A program made the translations under genes and the position numbers. From Octopus bimaculoides (lineage: Eukaryota), in the NCBI RefSeq assembly GCF_001194135.2, contig NC_068990.1, forward strand, positions 68,176,801 through 68,240,800: a stretch of 64,000 nucleotides of DNA, in the 5' to 3' direction. Below the pieces are notes generated by a model, which saw only the letters and a list, made by a program, of their open reading frames with translations, was not told the origin of the DNA and made no database searches. Below are positions 35,625-49,199 of the stretch, piece after piece; the first letter of the stretch is position 1, and every line of letters begins with the position of its first letter.

Positions 35625-36095
35625 ATGCCATTATTCAGTTTATTTCAAGATTTCATGACAACAGAGAATGAGCCACTTTCTAACCTACATCCAAGGCTCC
35701 TTCATTGGAATTTCAACAAACATCATCAAGGTATTTTTGTTTGTGTGTATATGTGCAGATTTGTATGTATTATCATACATATAGTTTCATATCTAGACAT
35801 GTTCATATATACTTGAATGATAAACTTCTGGAAAGTCTTACCGGTGATGGCTTGGATCTGTAGCCTTCAAATCAGCTTTCTCTTTTCTTGTTTTGAGAAG
35901 CCTAATTTTTCGAGATTGGTATTTAGGCAGTGTGTTACATATCCTAGTGCCCCAATAATTACAGGTATAAACCTGAACTTGTAATTTAGATAGAATAGCA
36001 GTAGATTCCTCAATAGTTCAGTGTAAGTATTTTCTTTTTCACTGATCTTTAGTTTTATGTTAACATCTGCTGGACAGATGATTTTCATCTGCAGA
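35625..36095 (-). mobile_element. 3' end of a third REL-endonuclease non-LTR family (R4/NeSL-like)
   Basis: ICPADVNIKLKISEKENTYTELLRNL...YKFRFIPVIIGALGYVTHCLNTNLEKLGF...LI*RLQIQAITG, followed by a 3'UTR. Confidence 0.8.
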
Positions 36096-36300
36096 AACCA
36101 GACTGGAGTCTTGTGCAGCTCCTCTGTTTACCAGCTTTAGTCAAACCGTGAAACCCATGGTAGCATAGACAACGGACATTAAATGATGATGATGATGATC
36201 CCAAATTACTATTATGTTTACATTTTGGGGTTTTCACTGGAACATTCTATCAGTATTCCTTTTTATTAGGAGTGTGTGTATGTATATTTGTGCGTGAATT

Positions 36301-36418
36301 GGAGCAATGTGAAATAAAGAGACTTACTCAATAACACAACACACAGCCCAGTCTGGGAATTAAACTACCTCATGATTGTGAGCCCAGCACTCTAACCACT
36401 GAGCCATGTGCTTTCACA
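36301..36418 (-). mobile_element. SINE-D 5' fragment
   Basis: Reverse complement of the SINE-D head (CTCTAACCACTGAGCCATGTGCTTTCAC). Confidence 0.78.
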
Positions 36419-38199
36419 GGTGAAAGTATATAATAGTCAAGAGAGAAAATTGCCTGTCAGTTAAGCATCAAATAGAATTCGTTCATTTGTCTGTTTTACC
36501 CCATCTGTTGTTGCATGCTAGTATGGATTAGATACATTTATCCATATTATTGGTTTCAGTTTTGGCACTAGGCCATCAATTCTAGGGGAGGGGATAAGTC
36601 ATTTACATTGCCCCCATTGTTCAAATGTTACTTATCTTATTGACTCTGAAAGGATGAAAGGCAACTCAATCTCAGTGGAATTTGAATTCAAAACATAAAG
36701 ATGGACAAATACATACATATTATTGAAGTATTGTTTTACAGCTGAATGCCCTTCCTGTTGCTAATCCTTACCTGTTTCATATAAGTAAAGGATTCCTTAT
36801 TCCACTCATCTTGAAAAGTGTATAGCTAGACAATGCTTTATTTTCTACAAGGAATCTCAACTAACACTGTCATTTTTAGTTCAAGGACTGTAAAATATTC
36901 ATATACACACACACACACACAACATGGTAATTACACTTCCCAACCATGTGGCTTTGGGGTTCAGTCCCACTACATGACACCTTGGGCAAATGTCTTCTAT
37001 TATAGCTCTGGACAAACCAAAAAATTCTGAATGGATTTGTAGATGGAGACTGAAGGGACGTGTCGCATGGCTTTCCTCATGATCATTGCTTTGTAAACAA
37101 TAGCTTTCTGCCAGTGACATCAGCTTGCAGTCCAACAAAAGATGATATCTGGTCTTCCTGGCATGTCTTAATATGTTGTGTGATGTTTGAAAACAAAAGG
37201 CTCCTTCATAAAGTGTTGGTTGTTTCCAGTTCCCCAACATAAAAAAAAATGTCCATGTTATTTGTTGATAAGATTGAGAGATTATTACCTCACTTGGAAA
37301 CAAATGGAGTTGATAAGAGGAAGGGCATCTGGCTGTAGAAAAACTTTAATGTACTCTTGTCTGACTCATGGAATGCATGGAAAAAGTAGACATTAAAAAG
37401 GAAGGAAGAGAAACAAACAAACATGCAAGGAAGAAAAAGAGAGAAAGAAAGAAGAACAAGAAAGGGGAAGAAAGAAGGAAGAAAGCTTGATTTTCTCATA
37501 AGAAAGTAACATCTTGAATCAAATTTCGACAAAAAAACTAGGTTCCTTTAATATATTAGAGATACTTCACTAAGATCGTGGTTATTATATATGTATTAGT
37601 TCAACTATTTATCTTATTATTTTGTGCATGCTTATTATTATCAATTGCTTTATGTATTTCTTCACCAGGCAAAATGAAAGAAGAAATAAGCAAAAAAGTA
37701 ATATTACTAGTGGAAACAATTTTGATCAAATATTTTCATTTATTCTCAGCCTAGCATTAGCACAAGTCAGTCAATGTTCTTCAACAGATGCATCTCAAAC
37801 TTTGAAGGTTGGTAGAAACTTAATCCCATGTGTACACATAGCTACACACACACACAATCAGAAGAAAACCAAACAAATTTTACAGAACATACATCTGTCT
37901 CTTTTTTTTTTTTTTACTTTAAGTGAATACAGATCAATAGTCAAACTGTATAACAACAAAATGAACTAACCATGATCCTTACAAAATTTTATGACAAAAT
38001 GCAGAAGAAGCAAATGAAATTGGGGTCAAGTGTATACATCTGTACATGTACATGTTTATATGTATGTATACATGTACTCATGAATGTATACAAGTATATA
38101 TGCTAATAAATCTTGCATGTATTCTTTTCCTAATTTTGGCGTTGATTTAACCATGTTACAAATATACATTTGTATGTAGTTTATAGTATGAATGTTTAG

Positions 38200-38326
38200 A
38201 AATATATAATGTATATATATATATATATAAGGTATTATATATATACATATATAATGTATTATATATATACATATATAATGTATTATATATATATATATAA
38301 TGTATTATATATATACATATATAATG

Positions 38327-38361
<35 letters not shown>

Positions 38362-38467
38362 GTATTATNNNNNNNNNNNNNNNNNNNNNNNNNNNNNNNN
38401 NNNNNNNNNNNNNNNNNNNNNNNNNNNNNNNNNNNNNNNNNNNNNNNNNNNNNNNNNNNNNNNNNNN

Positions 38468-38498
<31 letters not shown>

Positions 38499-38600
38499 TG
38501 CATATTACAGATATATAATGTATTTTAAATATATATAAAATGTATTACATATATATATAATGTATTATATATGTATAATATATTATATATATATAATATT
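38200..38600. repeat. AT-rich minisatellite (~24-bp unit ATATATAATGTATTATATATATAC) spanning a gap
   Basis: Repeated AATGTATT cores embedded in (TA)n; it explains ORFs 38156-38538. Confidence 0.9.
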
Positions 38601-40786
38601 TGAGTGTGAGTGTGTATGAAACAACACACACCTGCACATACAAAACTTATCCTCGGACATAAATAGTAAATAGTTCCTTCCTTTGCAACAGAGCTAGACT
38701 AATATTTTATGAAATAATATTAATGGTTTCAGACTGTAAGAAGCTTTTTTTTTAGAAAAACCTGAAATAAAAGTATTTCGATTGATAACAGTCAAACGTT
38801 AACAGTTGTTTTTTATTGCAACCCTTATTATTATTATTATTGCTATTACAGTTGATGGTTGTGATACTGTTGGATGTATTTTAAATGTATGCTCTTCAAA
38901 CTTTGTCTATGTAACGGAAGTTTAAGTAAAAAGAAATAAAATATGAGCAAAAATGATGGCTGACTTTAAAAGAATTATATAATTCGTATGTGTGTATATA
39001 TATATATATATATAATTCACATATAGATATATTTATCTATTTACTTATTCATCTTTTTCTTGATCATGTCCCTTGATCAGAAATAGTCTGATATTTCAGT
39101 TACTGAAGGCTAAATTATTTTAAATAAAAGTGTTTTTCATCCTTTAAAAAATTTTTTTTTATTCCCATTATAATCTCATATCATTTTTTACTAAGAAACT
39201 CACTGAATATTTTACATTATTGAAAACTAAATTCTAAGAATTTGGGCTGATCAGATTTTTTTTTTCCTAACAATATGATTCTTCACCAAAGAATTATTAA
39301 GTATCCTTTATTTTAAGTAAAAGGAAATTTAAATAAATTCATTTTATCAATATATATTTCTGTCATTTATTTATTTTTCTGAGAATATTGTCACAAATCA
39401 AATATATGACCGATGAGAAGGGTGGCATTTTTTAAAAGTATTTTCAAAAGTCCAATGTTCACTACTATGCATTTCTGTAATGTAATGACTAGTCAGCTCA
39501 TTTCATGAAGGTTTTGTAGTTCCTATAGTACATGTTTTCGTCAGAAACTAATAATTGAGTAAGGAAATTATCTTGGTGTAAATTTTTTCTTATGACATTG
39601 TCAGAAATACAATATATTTGGATTATAACATGAGAAACACCATATCTTAGTGTTGATAGCTATATTGTAGACAAAGATAAAAATCTGAAAATAAAATGTC
39701 ATCAGATATGTTGAATTGTCAGGAAGTTACATTCTCACAGGAATTTTTTGCTATTTTTGATGTTATAATTCATATTTCACAGAACATTGTCAACAAAAAT
39801 TAACTCATACATCCACACAAAAGTTTGTTTTTTCATATTCAATATATCAATATGCCACATCAGAGAGCAATATATTTACCAAAAACAGAAAAAATATGAG
39901 AATTTTGATGCCAATAAAAAAACTGAAATGAAATATTGACCTAATGCTATGAACAGATGAGTGCATTACCAATAGAAGTAGATATGCCAACACACATATA
40001 TATATATAGGCTCAAGAGATAGATCAAACTTTAATTACAGTAAAGGGATAAATCTCACAGGATTTCATTGTTGATTTAATTACACTGTTATGAACTTGCT
40101 ACTTGAAAATTATATTTCTTTATAAAGCAGTAATGAATGTCTCTCTCTTTCTCTTTCTCTGCTGCATAGAAACATGCATTTGTACTTATACATTCATATA
40201 CACATCCCAGAGTACTGAACTATTTGAGGGCTCCATGTTGACCAAATAATATAGTGCGATGAACTCAATAAGATGTGTGTGTAGTTTGGGTCAACAAATC
40301 TCACAGAATTTGGTTGCTGATTTAATTACACTATGTTACAAACTTGCTACCTTAGAGCTAATTCCTTTTATCTATGTTTTATAAATTTATGATCGGAATA
40401 TGTATGCCTATCTGTCTCTTTATCAATCAGTTTCTCTTTTTTCTCCTTCACAGAAACATATATTTGTAGTTATACATTCACATATGCTTATCAGGGTACA
40501 TTGCTTGTGTAAGGAAAACATGAATTCTGACAAGTATGTATATATAGTGTTTATCTTTCTACTTTCCAGTTTATCAGTTGCTGTAGCTGTTCCCAGGGTA
40601 CTAAATTATCTGAGGAGCCAACAGTCCACATTCTGTTATTGCTTTACTGCAGTGCATCTTCAGCTAAAGCTCCTAACTCTCTGTTACAATCTATCTACAA
40701 TTAGACATCAAAAGCTGGAACTAGAATGAATTTGTAACCACAATATCACCAGAAAGATAAACACCAATCACACTTAATACAATTTA

Positions 40787-40888
40787 CTGAAAAGTTCCTG
40801 GCTTTGGATAAAAGAAAACACAGGAGTATCAGTTAATTATAATTTTATTCAATATATTCCCCTTTCAGATTCACACATTTATTGCAGA
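40787..40888 (+). mobile_element. Mariner-type MITE half copy
   Basis: CTGAAAAGTTCCTGGCTTTGGATAAAAGAAAA...CCCCTTTCAGATTCACACATTTATTGCAG is the reverse complement of 41418-41520. Confidence 0.75.
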
Positions 40889-41320
40889 GGTAATTGTAGA
40901 ATCGTTAGTGATTCTTTAGCTCATATTGCTGAGTTCCACTCCATCTGTAAGTTTAGCAAAAAGAAGATGGACTCCATTAAACCAACTTGTCCTAGATTTA
41001 CTGTATGGCAAAAACATTTTCAACAGGGCCATCGTAACTCAATGCCTTATTTTTATCTCTCAACTTCCACTTCATTGTTGTGAGGGTCTCAGCTTCCTAA
41101 CCACCATCTCTTGGTCATAATCATTTTTAAAAATATCCCCAGGGCCCATAAATCTTAGATATATTGGTATTTGTATAGCATTAAAAAGATAGATGGCCTT
41201 GTGTGTAACTGAGATTATATATGTAGAGTGAAGTCATGGCTTGTAAGAATTACATGATTAAGTATGGTTCATCTGCTTGTATGCTAGCTACACTACTGCA
41301 AATTGTTTGCATCAAGAATA

Positions 41321-41523
41321 CACAAAGGGGTGCTGAAAAATTCCTAGCTTTAAGTATATCACGAAAGGCTAGGCTGGAGACCCAAACTCAGAAGAGTTCT
41401 TTTACAGGGCTTAGAAAAATTGAAGGACCACTGCAATAAGTGTGTGAATCTGAAAGGGGAACATCATCATCTGATACTCCGATATTTTCTTTTACCCAAA
41501 GCCAGGAACTTTTCAGTGAATTG
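41321..41523. mobile_element. Mariner-derived MITE
   Basis: TA-flanked TIRs GGGGTGCTGAAAAATTCCTAGCTTT / AAAGCCAGGAACTTTTCAG. Internal DHCNKCVNLKGEH resembles the mariner transposase C-terminus (KCVxxxGxY). Confidence 0.78.
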
Positions 41524-44329
41524 TATTAAGTGTGATTGGTGTTTATCTTTCTGGCCCTTGGGATAATAGTTACTGTTATTTTTTAATCCTACATCAGCCC
41601 CTGTCAAGCAGATCTATGACTAAAAACAATCCAGCCATCATCAGGGCTTTTTTTTTTCTCTCAGTATAATGCTCCAAAGATTGCACTAACTTATGTGTTT
41701 TTATTAATAATGCAGTAAGGTATAATTTGAGAGATTTTACTGTTATTATGAAGAATAGACACACTACAGATCAATACATGACTATGTTGGTATTGTAATG
41801 CTTGTAGCTTATATATTCTTTATATGATGTTATAGAATGTTCACTTGGTGGTTTTGTCAGCTGTTTGGGTAAAATCTATAACATTAAAGTAATTAATTAA
41901 TAGAACGTAATGGAATCTCACAACTGGGATATATGACACACACACACACACAAACAAACAATGATTCTCTATTAAACTATTTAATGTTTGTTGAGTTTTT
42001 ATTGTATTTTTTATTTATTGTTATGTTATCTCATTTATTCTTCTGTTATCTCATGAATTGCAAACATGAAGAGGATATTTAAATATTTAAATTAAATAGG
42101 ATTATTCTGAAAACAACATACAGCATAACAACCAAAGGGATATGAGCAAGTATATTTAACATTTAATACAGTCTTAAAGAATAATACTTCTGGAATAGTG
42201 GTTATTTATGAGTGGTAGTTGCTTCAATTTTACATCCATATGTCATGTGACTCAAGTTGAGCTGGGAACATTTAATCCCCCATACAGTTATTTTAATGTC
42301 AATCACAAATAGTCATAATTTTAACACCAACACTAATTATCTTTTAAGCATGCAAATATGTTTTAAACATTAACTATATTTTCATATATTGATCTGATAG
42401 AATTAGAAATTCGTTTTTGTCTGTTTCATTAAATTTTTTAATGTATTTTCAATAAATACAGATTCTCTAGGTTTGCAGATACCCACAAAATTTTAGGCGT
42501 AGTTTATTTTGAAATAGAATAAAATAATCTTACTCCATACCAAGTATTTATTTCGTTGATTTTGGAGGAATTAAAACTAAACTCAATCAATAAAGAATCA
42601 AACTAAAAATATAGGGGGCAGGAAACAAAATAGTGTGTGGCACCAAACCATATCCATTGCTATAGTTTGTGATTTTGGAGTTAATAATAAAGAAATTTAA
42701 TAAGAACAAATAATTATAGAAATGTTGTTGATGATACTGTTCATCAGCATTAAATCATTAACATTTAGCAAAACAAAGAAACAAAGAATGCAAGAGAAAT
42801 TTAGCAAAAGGAAGAAAATACTTTATGGCCCCAAGAAGTGGAGGAGAAAGCGGTGGACACAATATTCAAGGAAGCAATAACCTCTTTTCTTTTTAGGGAG
42901 GTCTGGAGGTAATGATTGACACCTTCTTCATTTTTTGAACCCTTGGATATTGTACTGAATGAATCCTTCTTTTATTGGTCCCAGAAAGAGATAAAAAGTT
43001 CCAATAGTAAGTCCTTCCCAGAAAGTTGAAATCATATTGCAGCATTTGGGTATTTACTGCTTAAGTGAAGCAATCCAGTCTGGTAATTGAAATCCAGAAG
43101 ATTTCATTTGCAAACAGAATATGACCACAGTTATGTTAATACAAGAAGTAAAAAAAACAAACACATAGACATGGGTGTTTCTGTGTACACATATACACAC
43201 TTGCATACATATATTCATACATATACACACAAAAGAGATATTGCTCACCAATTTATTTCTGTCACCAGGTTTAAATCAATACCAAAAGTCATCTTGTAAA
43301 ATTTCACTTACCTGAAAATAGAAAAAGTAGTACTGTTAGGAATTTCACTAACAATAATGATAATAATAATAATAATAGTAAAACAAAGAAGGGAATCTGA
43401 TATCAACTTATATGATCATGTATTCAATGTTGCTGGAATAGTCACAGGTTTTAGGGTAGTTTTTCTTGTTATTACTACTATCTTTTTTATCTTATGCACT
43501 TAGTGTGTCTTTTATGGGTGTGAGGTTAGAAAATGAATAAGTTTTTTAAAAAATACCATTTATTTCAACTAGTTTAAAAACATAGAGGACAGAATATTGA
43601 GAAATATTTGAGAAATTTACACTGTTATCATAAGAATCTGAGACAGTTCCATTTAGAATATAGAACTTCCAATTGTTAAAAGCCTAACCAGAAGAAAAAG
43701 ATGTACAGCATTTAACACATTTCTTCTTCTGAATAGGGGAAAAAAATTTTTTAGATAAAATAAATGTTGCTTCCATTTTATAATCTTAATCCAATTTCTT
43801 TATCTTGGTGATGAACAGTTTTCCATTTTTGATTAAATTTTTCTTTTTTTAAACTTTAGGAAATAAAGCATCAGTCTAGTCAATTCACACATATATGAAA
43901 CATCATCTCAATTTCTTTAACAAATATCAGACATATAATAGCTTCCGAGAAACATTCTATCAAAGAATCCTTGGAGTGAATGGAATCATAATAGAAGACT
44001 AAGAAGAATAGAATAATTCTTTTTTCTCTAAGTAAGACAACAATACTATGAAGAAGAATGCATATCATCCATTACTATGTGCAATAACATAACTGAACAT
44101 TCATCTTAGGTATTTATTTTTGCTTTCTAGCTCCAGGTCAGGCCAGCACAAAAATGTTCCATTTCTGACTGTCTCATCTTTTCTGTGTATTGTATAAAGT
44201 GTATTGTGGACCAAATTATCTGATATGCTTTTCCTTTTCAAATTGGTAAGATGTGATTTGAGGGAGATTTTCCTGCTATTTCTAGCAAACTAAATGACCA
44301 CATAGAAGTTCCAGAGTTGGAAATTATAT

Positions 44330-44750
44330 AAGCACAAGCAAGGCTGTGTGGTTAAGAAATTCATGCTGCAATCACATAGTCTTCGGCTCAGTCCCAGTGC
44401 ATGACACTTAGAGAAATTGTTTTCTACTATAGATCCAAGCTAACCAATGCCTTGTGAGTGAATTTAGTAACTAGAAATTGTGTGGAAGCCCATCATATAT
44501 ATATCATATACAAATATGCAGATAGATAAATAGATAGAGAGAGAGAGTTTGTGTGTGTTTGTGTTTGCATACCCACTATTGTCTTACAAATGATGTTGCT
44601 TTGTTTATGTCCCTGTAATTTAGCAGTTTGGCAAAAGAGACTGATAGAATAAGTATCAAACTTAGGAAAATAAGTACTGGGGTTGATTTGTTTAACACTT
44701 TAAGCTGGTGCTACAGCATGGCCAAAGTCTAATAGCTGAAACAAGTAAAC
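44330..44750 (+). mobile_element. SINE-A, full length, decayed
   Basis: Head GGCTGTGTGGTTAAG, core, (GA/TG)n centre and A-type 3' module. Confidence 0.8.
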
Positions 44751-45924
44751 GAAATCGTAATTATTTATTTTGAAGGAAATTTTGAAAGGCTTATATGGAT
44801 AAGGATCAGCTTTTCAGGTTGGTTCAGAGGGACCAGCTCAGATTTTATCTAAACAGGTCCACTTTACACCTACAATTTCACCTTATGCACTTTTGCTTTA
44901 ACATCTAAATGTTTATGACCAAGAAATAGCACTCAAATCTCTTTCATATCACACTCTGATGGAACATCTTTGCTCAGAGAGGAATTTGTTCAGGGTCATA
45001 TTATCTAAAATCATAACCTGGTAACAGTTTTAAACAATAAACAAAATAAAGAACACATAGGACAGTGTGATCCATCTATGACCATCCTTTCTTTTTATAT
45101 AAAAGAAGAGATCACATTGCAGGAATAATACTGATTAGAGACATGCTCATTCCATTCACTACTGACATAAATCAACAACAACCAGGTAAAAAAAAAAAAA
45201 AGGTTAAAAACTTCAGCATGTATCTAAAGACATCATCAGAGTCATTATCTCTTATCCTTTACTTGTTTCAGTCATTTCACTGCAGCTATGGGGAGTTGGT
45301 GACAGCCAAAACATCATACCAATATATCAAAATCCATTTACTCCTTTCTCTACAATCTCATCTTTATGTGTAGCAGTTGTTTATTGGTGGACATAGAGCT
45401 GACGTTTTAAAAGGTAAATGTGTGAGGTGAAATGAAAAATTGAAACAGTTAGTACCTAAATTCTGAACCAACCACAGCTTGGATGATATGGCTAGCTTCT
45501 TTCCTATGTTCTTTTGACAGGAGATTTATGAGAGTCAACTGTCAAACATCCATTTCCTCAACATATGAGATGAAATTTAGTTTAATCCATGAAAAATCCT
45601 TTGTTCTCTTGACCTTCATTATCTACGAAATTATTATAACTACAGAACACAAAAAAGAATCCCCCCCCCCTTTTTGCCTGTCACTTTGGCAGAAGTAAAA
45701 GCCTGCTTGCTTTCCTCAATATTGTAAGAGATAATAACAACCCTTTCTTCCTTTTTAGTCATGGCTGTTACTGAGGTAATATGCAGGTCTCTTACTCTCT
45801 CTGCTAGATAACTTTCAGAGAGGTAAAATCTCTTTCTTTCCTTTTTCTTTCAACCACGTAGTGGTAACTACAAGTGACCACAGTTATGTACCTGATGGAC
45901 AGTAGAAGCAGTCCATATTTACCG

Positions 45925-46056
45925 GCTTCAAATCTTGGCACAAGTCCAGCAATTTCAGAGAGGAGTAGGTCGATTATACCAACCCCAGTGCTCATCTGGT
46001 ACTTATTTTATCGACTTCAAAAGAATGAAAAGTAAAGTTGACCTCAGCAGAATTTG
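45925..46056 (-). mobile_element. SINE-B, 5'-truncated
   Basis: CTGGTACTTATTTTATCGACTTCAAAAGAATGAAAAGTAAAGTTGACCTCAGCAGAATTTGA. Confidence 0.78.
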
Positions 46057-46612
46057 ACAGTCCTTACTGTGATAGTTTGATATATACATATATTAATATA
46101 TAGAACTCTCGTGCAACCACATGGAAATTATGAGATTAGAGATGAACGAGCTGGCAGCTGTAAAAGGGGAAATACCACTACGCACATGGAGGATGATGCT
46201 ATGAACTGTATGGCGTGGTCCTCGGAAGTGAGCTGCGTAATTTGCAATTACAAACATTCAATATGTTTTTTAAATGAGTGAAACACAACGCTTATACCTT
46301 AACTATTCGAAGTAGTTGTGTATATTGTTACAGTAAATAAAAGCCAGTTTAACGGTTATTTCTTTTTTTTTTTTTTTTTTTTNNNNNNNNNNTTTTTTGG
46401 TCATTTATATTAATCACCACTGCATCAGTAACAATAGCCATTATATTCTGGTGGCTCAACATCGACCATCCATCCTGAAAAAAGCCGTTACTAAATATCC
46501 CCAGTCAGATAATGTCTTAATGCTGCCGGATGTACTGCTTCTTGTCAATGGTATAAGAAAATTAGTCTCTCTCAATCACACACGTTTGTAGAGCACTACA
46601 CATGGACTGTAT

Positions 46613-47339
46613 AGGGCTTTCCTATAAGGTGTTATCCATCCCTGATTGGAACTCTCCCGTATGACATGTACGCATGCTCAGTGACTTGCTTTAACAGTTG
46701 CAATCAGCTGAATGCACATTGCCAGTGACATTTGACATAATTACCCACACTCTGTGGTCAGGATTCTTTTTTTGGTTTGATGTCGGTATCGAAGGGATTA
46801 CCAGACACCGGACAATACAGTGAGAGCAGCTTTCACTCACATCGTGGTATTCGATGCTGTGTACGTGTCTTCGTGGTAAAATATGCCACTCCTTAACTGT
46901 TGCTTTGATTTCATCCGTAGCACGAGGTAATTNNNNNNNNNNNNNNNNNNNNNNNNNNNNNNNNNNNNNNNNNNNNNNNNNNNNNNNNNNNNNNNNNNNN
47001 NNNNNNNNNNNNNNNNNNNNNNNNNNNNNNNNNNNNNNNNNNNNNNNNNNNNNNNNNNNNNNNNNNNNNNNNNNNNNNNNNNNNNNNNNNNNNNNNNNNN
47101 NNNNNNNNNNNNNNNNNNNNNNNNNNNNNNNNNNNNNNNNNNNNNNNNNNNNNNNNNNNNNNNNNNNNNNNNNNNAACTCAGGCACAGTAAGTACTTCGA
47201 TAGCTGAATCATCAAGCTGCTTTATATCCATGATAAGACGTAAAACAATAACAATGGCGTGGGTTAGCCTCCGGAAGTTTAATTATCTACATGGAGCGCC
47301 GCCTAGCCAAGGGAGATAACCTACTTATAGGAAAGCCCT
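46613..47339 (-). mobile_element. ISL2EU-like (PIF/Harbinger-related) DNA transposon deletion derivative
   Basis: Perfect 16-bp TIR AGGGCTTTCCTATAAG (46613-28) / CTTATAGGAAAGCCCT (47324-39), AT on both sides (46611-12, 47340-41), internal SWIM-domain fragment. Contains a gap at 46933-47175. Confidence 0.75.
46660..47231 (-). pseudogene. Truncated SWIM zinc-finger protein fragment (N-terminal part of an ISL2EU-type SWIM-YqaJ ORF)
   Basis: ...HSIEYHDVSESCSHCIVRCLVIPSIPTSNQKKNPDHRVWVIMSNVTGNVHSADCNC, then a 1-nt frameshift to KASH*ACVHV that completes a CxC-x6-CxH SWIM motif. Confidence 0.7.
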
Positions 47340-49199
47340 ATAGTCTACCAGCTTGTGAGCAAAAAAAAAAAAAAAAAAAAGGAACTTCCGGTTAGGCAGG
47401 AAAGGAAACTGAGACTTCAGATGGTCGATCGTAATCGTCTTCACAGTGCGTAGCTGAAAGAAGCCAAAATAAATAATACACCGACACACTCTTGTTATTG
47501 GTTGTTTTTGTGTATAGCTTAACTAAACTATACGTTCACATTTACTGTCACTCTATTTCTCTTTCTCACATACACATTTTTGGAGACGGTAACGAATATA
47601 TATTTAGCGGACATGCAATTGTCGTATCTCTTTTACTCACTCTCTCAAACACGAAATTAGACGACAGACACGACACTTATCTGTTTTATGTATAAGTTAA
47701 TCTTTATGTCAACCAGACTGGTGTTTTATCGAGAAAATCTACTCCTAAATTATTCAAATCTGAGTGAATATAACAGCTTTTCTGATTGAGTAAATTAGCG
47801 AAAATAAATAATATGTTGACTTGAAAACACACTTTCAGGAGCCATTTATTACGACTTGCTTATATGTTCCATGATATTCTTATGGTGTTAAAAAGTAATA
47901 AAATCTTTTCTGGACACATAACGTTCAGGGTGTCAACAAATATTCAAGGCAGTAAAATAAAGATTATGAATCAAAAGAAAAACAAATGATTACTTTTTTT
48001 TTTTCCAAGGGTGGGAAACACATTTTTATGAAGTATAGGCTTTGTTGATTATTTGGACAAAGACGGACAATTTTAGACTCTGGTTGTATTAAGAAATCTC
48101 TAAATCTGTTACTTCTCACCTGAATAAACTTGTTTCGTAAAATATCAGTGATTTTTATTTCTATGTTTATGAACATTGTTTTTTCAGACGACAGCCGTAA
48201 GACTGAATTCTTCAATGACTTTCCAGACACTTCTGGATATCTGCGGTAATATTCTTCCAATTTTGTAAGCATTTGGAGGGTATACAACTGGAAATTTTCC
48301 GAGAAAATATCATTGCACCGAAGTTATTCATCCGTTTAGCAAACCAATTACAAGAAAAGCTTCTGCTTCTAAATTATTCAACTTCAAACATTCCCAAAAG
48401 AGAAAAGCTTAAAGAAAACATTTCGCTTAAATCACGTATGGAAGCCTTGTTGTAACATAAGGATTATGAATATAGGAGATGAGATGATGAATTCAAATAA
48501 ATGGTTAAAATGCATATTTTTTAAGGTGATACGTTTAAAATAATTGTTCTATATATATGTTAAACGCATATCAGTTTCTCAATATATAATATAATATCGT
48601 GTGTATTTTTTAAAAATCCATATCTTTTCACGGGTTCCAAATATATTAAATAGAACTTTTCTGCGTGTACATATTAGGGGATGTAGATATTAAAATAAAT
48701 ACACATGTATTTAACAGAAATCCATGATATTTAATTGATGTAATAAGGAAATGAAAAATGACATTAAGCGACAGATCGTTTAGCAAATGCAGACGACATA
48801 CAAACAAACCAATGAATGTGAAGTTGTACGTGATCACTGAGAAATTAGAAATAACAACCTAATCTTTAAATAATATATACACTACGCAGGAAAATAAGAC
48901 GAGACTAATACGACTGATATGCTTTTCCTCATAGGTTTGCTTTATCAGTGACACACTGTCACTGAACAACAATAATATCTGAAAAACACACTTCAAAGTG
49001 ATATACTCGTTTGAGAGGAACAGAAAGAACAAATGAGGTGTTCAGTGATGTAGTTTACATATGTATGCGATACTGTTAAAGAAAGCTTTCAGATGAAGGG
49101 GGAAATAACAGAGAGAAGAAGAAAAATGTATTTTGTAGACGGAGATGGTACGTTCAGAGAAGGATTAAATAAGGCACGCGCATATATATACATACATAT

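Noticed and set aside
35660-35725. Hammerhead-like segment in the REL-LINE 3'UTR (minus: CCAATGA AGGAGCCT...AGGTTA GAAA)
   Set aside because: The core is CCAAUGA, stem II is imperfect, and there is no convincing stem I or III. A family consensus would be needed to revisit it.
47964-48455. ORFs 47964..48287 (-) and 48273..48455 (+), also 40400..40729
   Set aside because: No recognisable motifs, and lengths are within chance expectation for AT-rich DNA.
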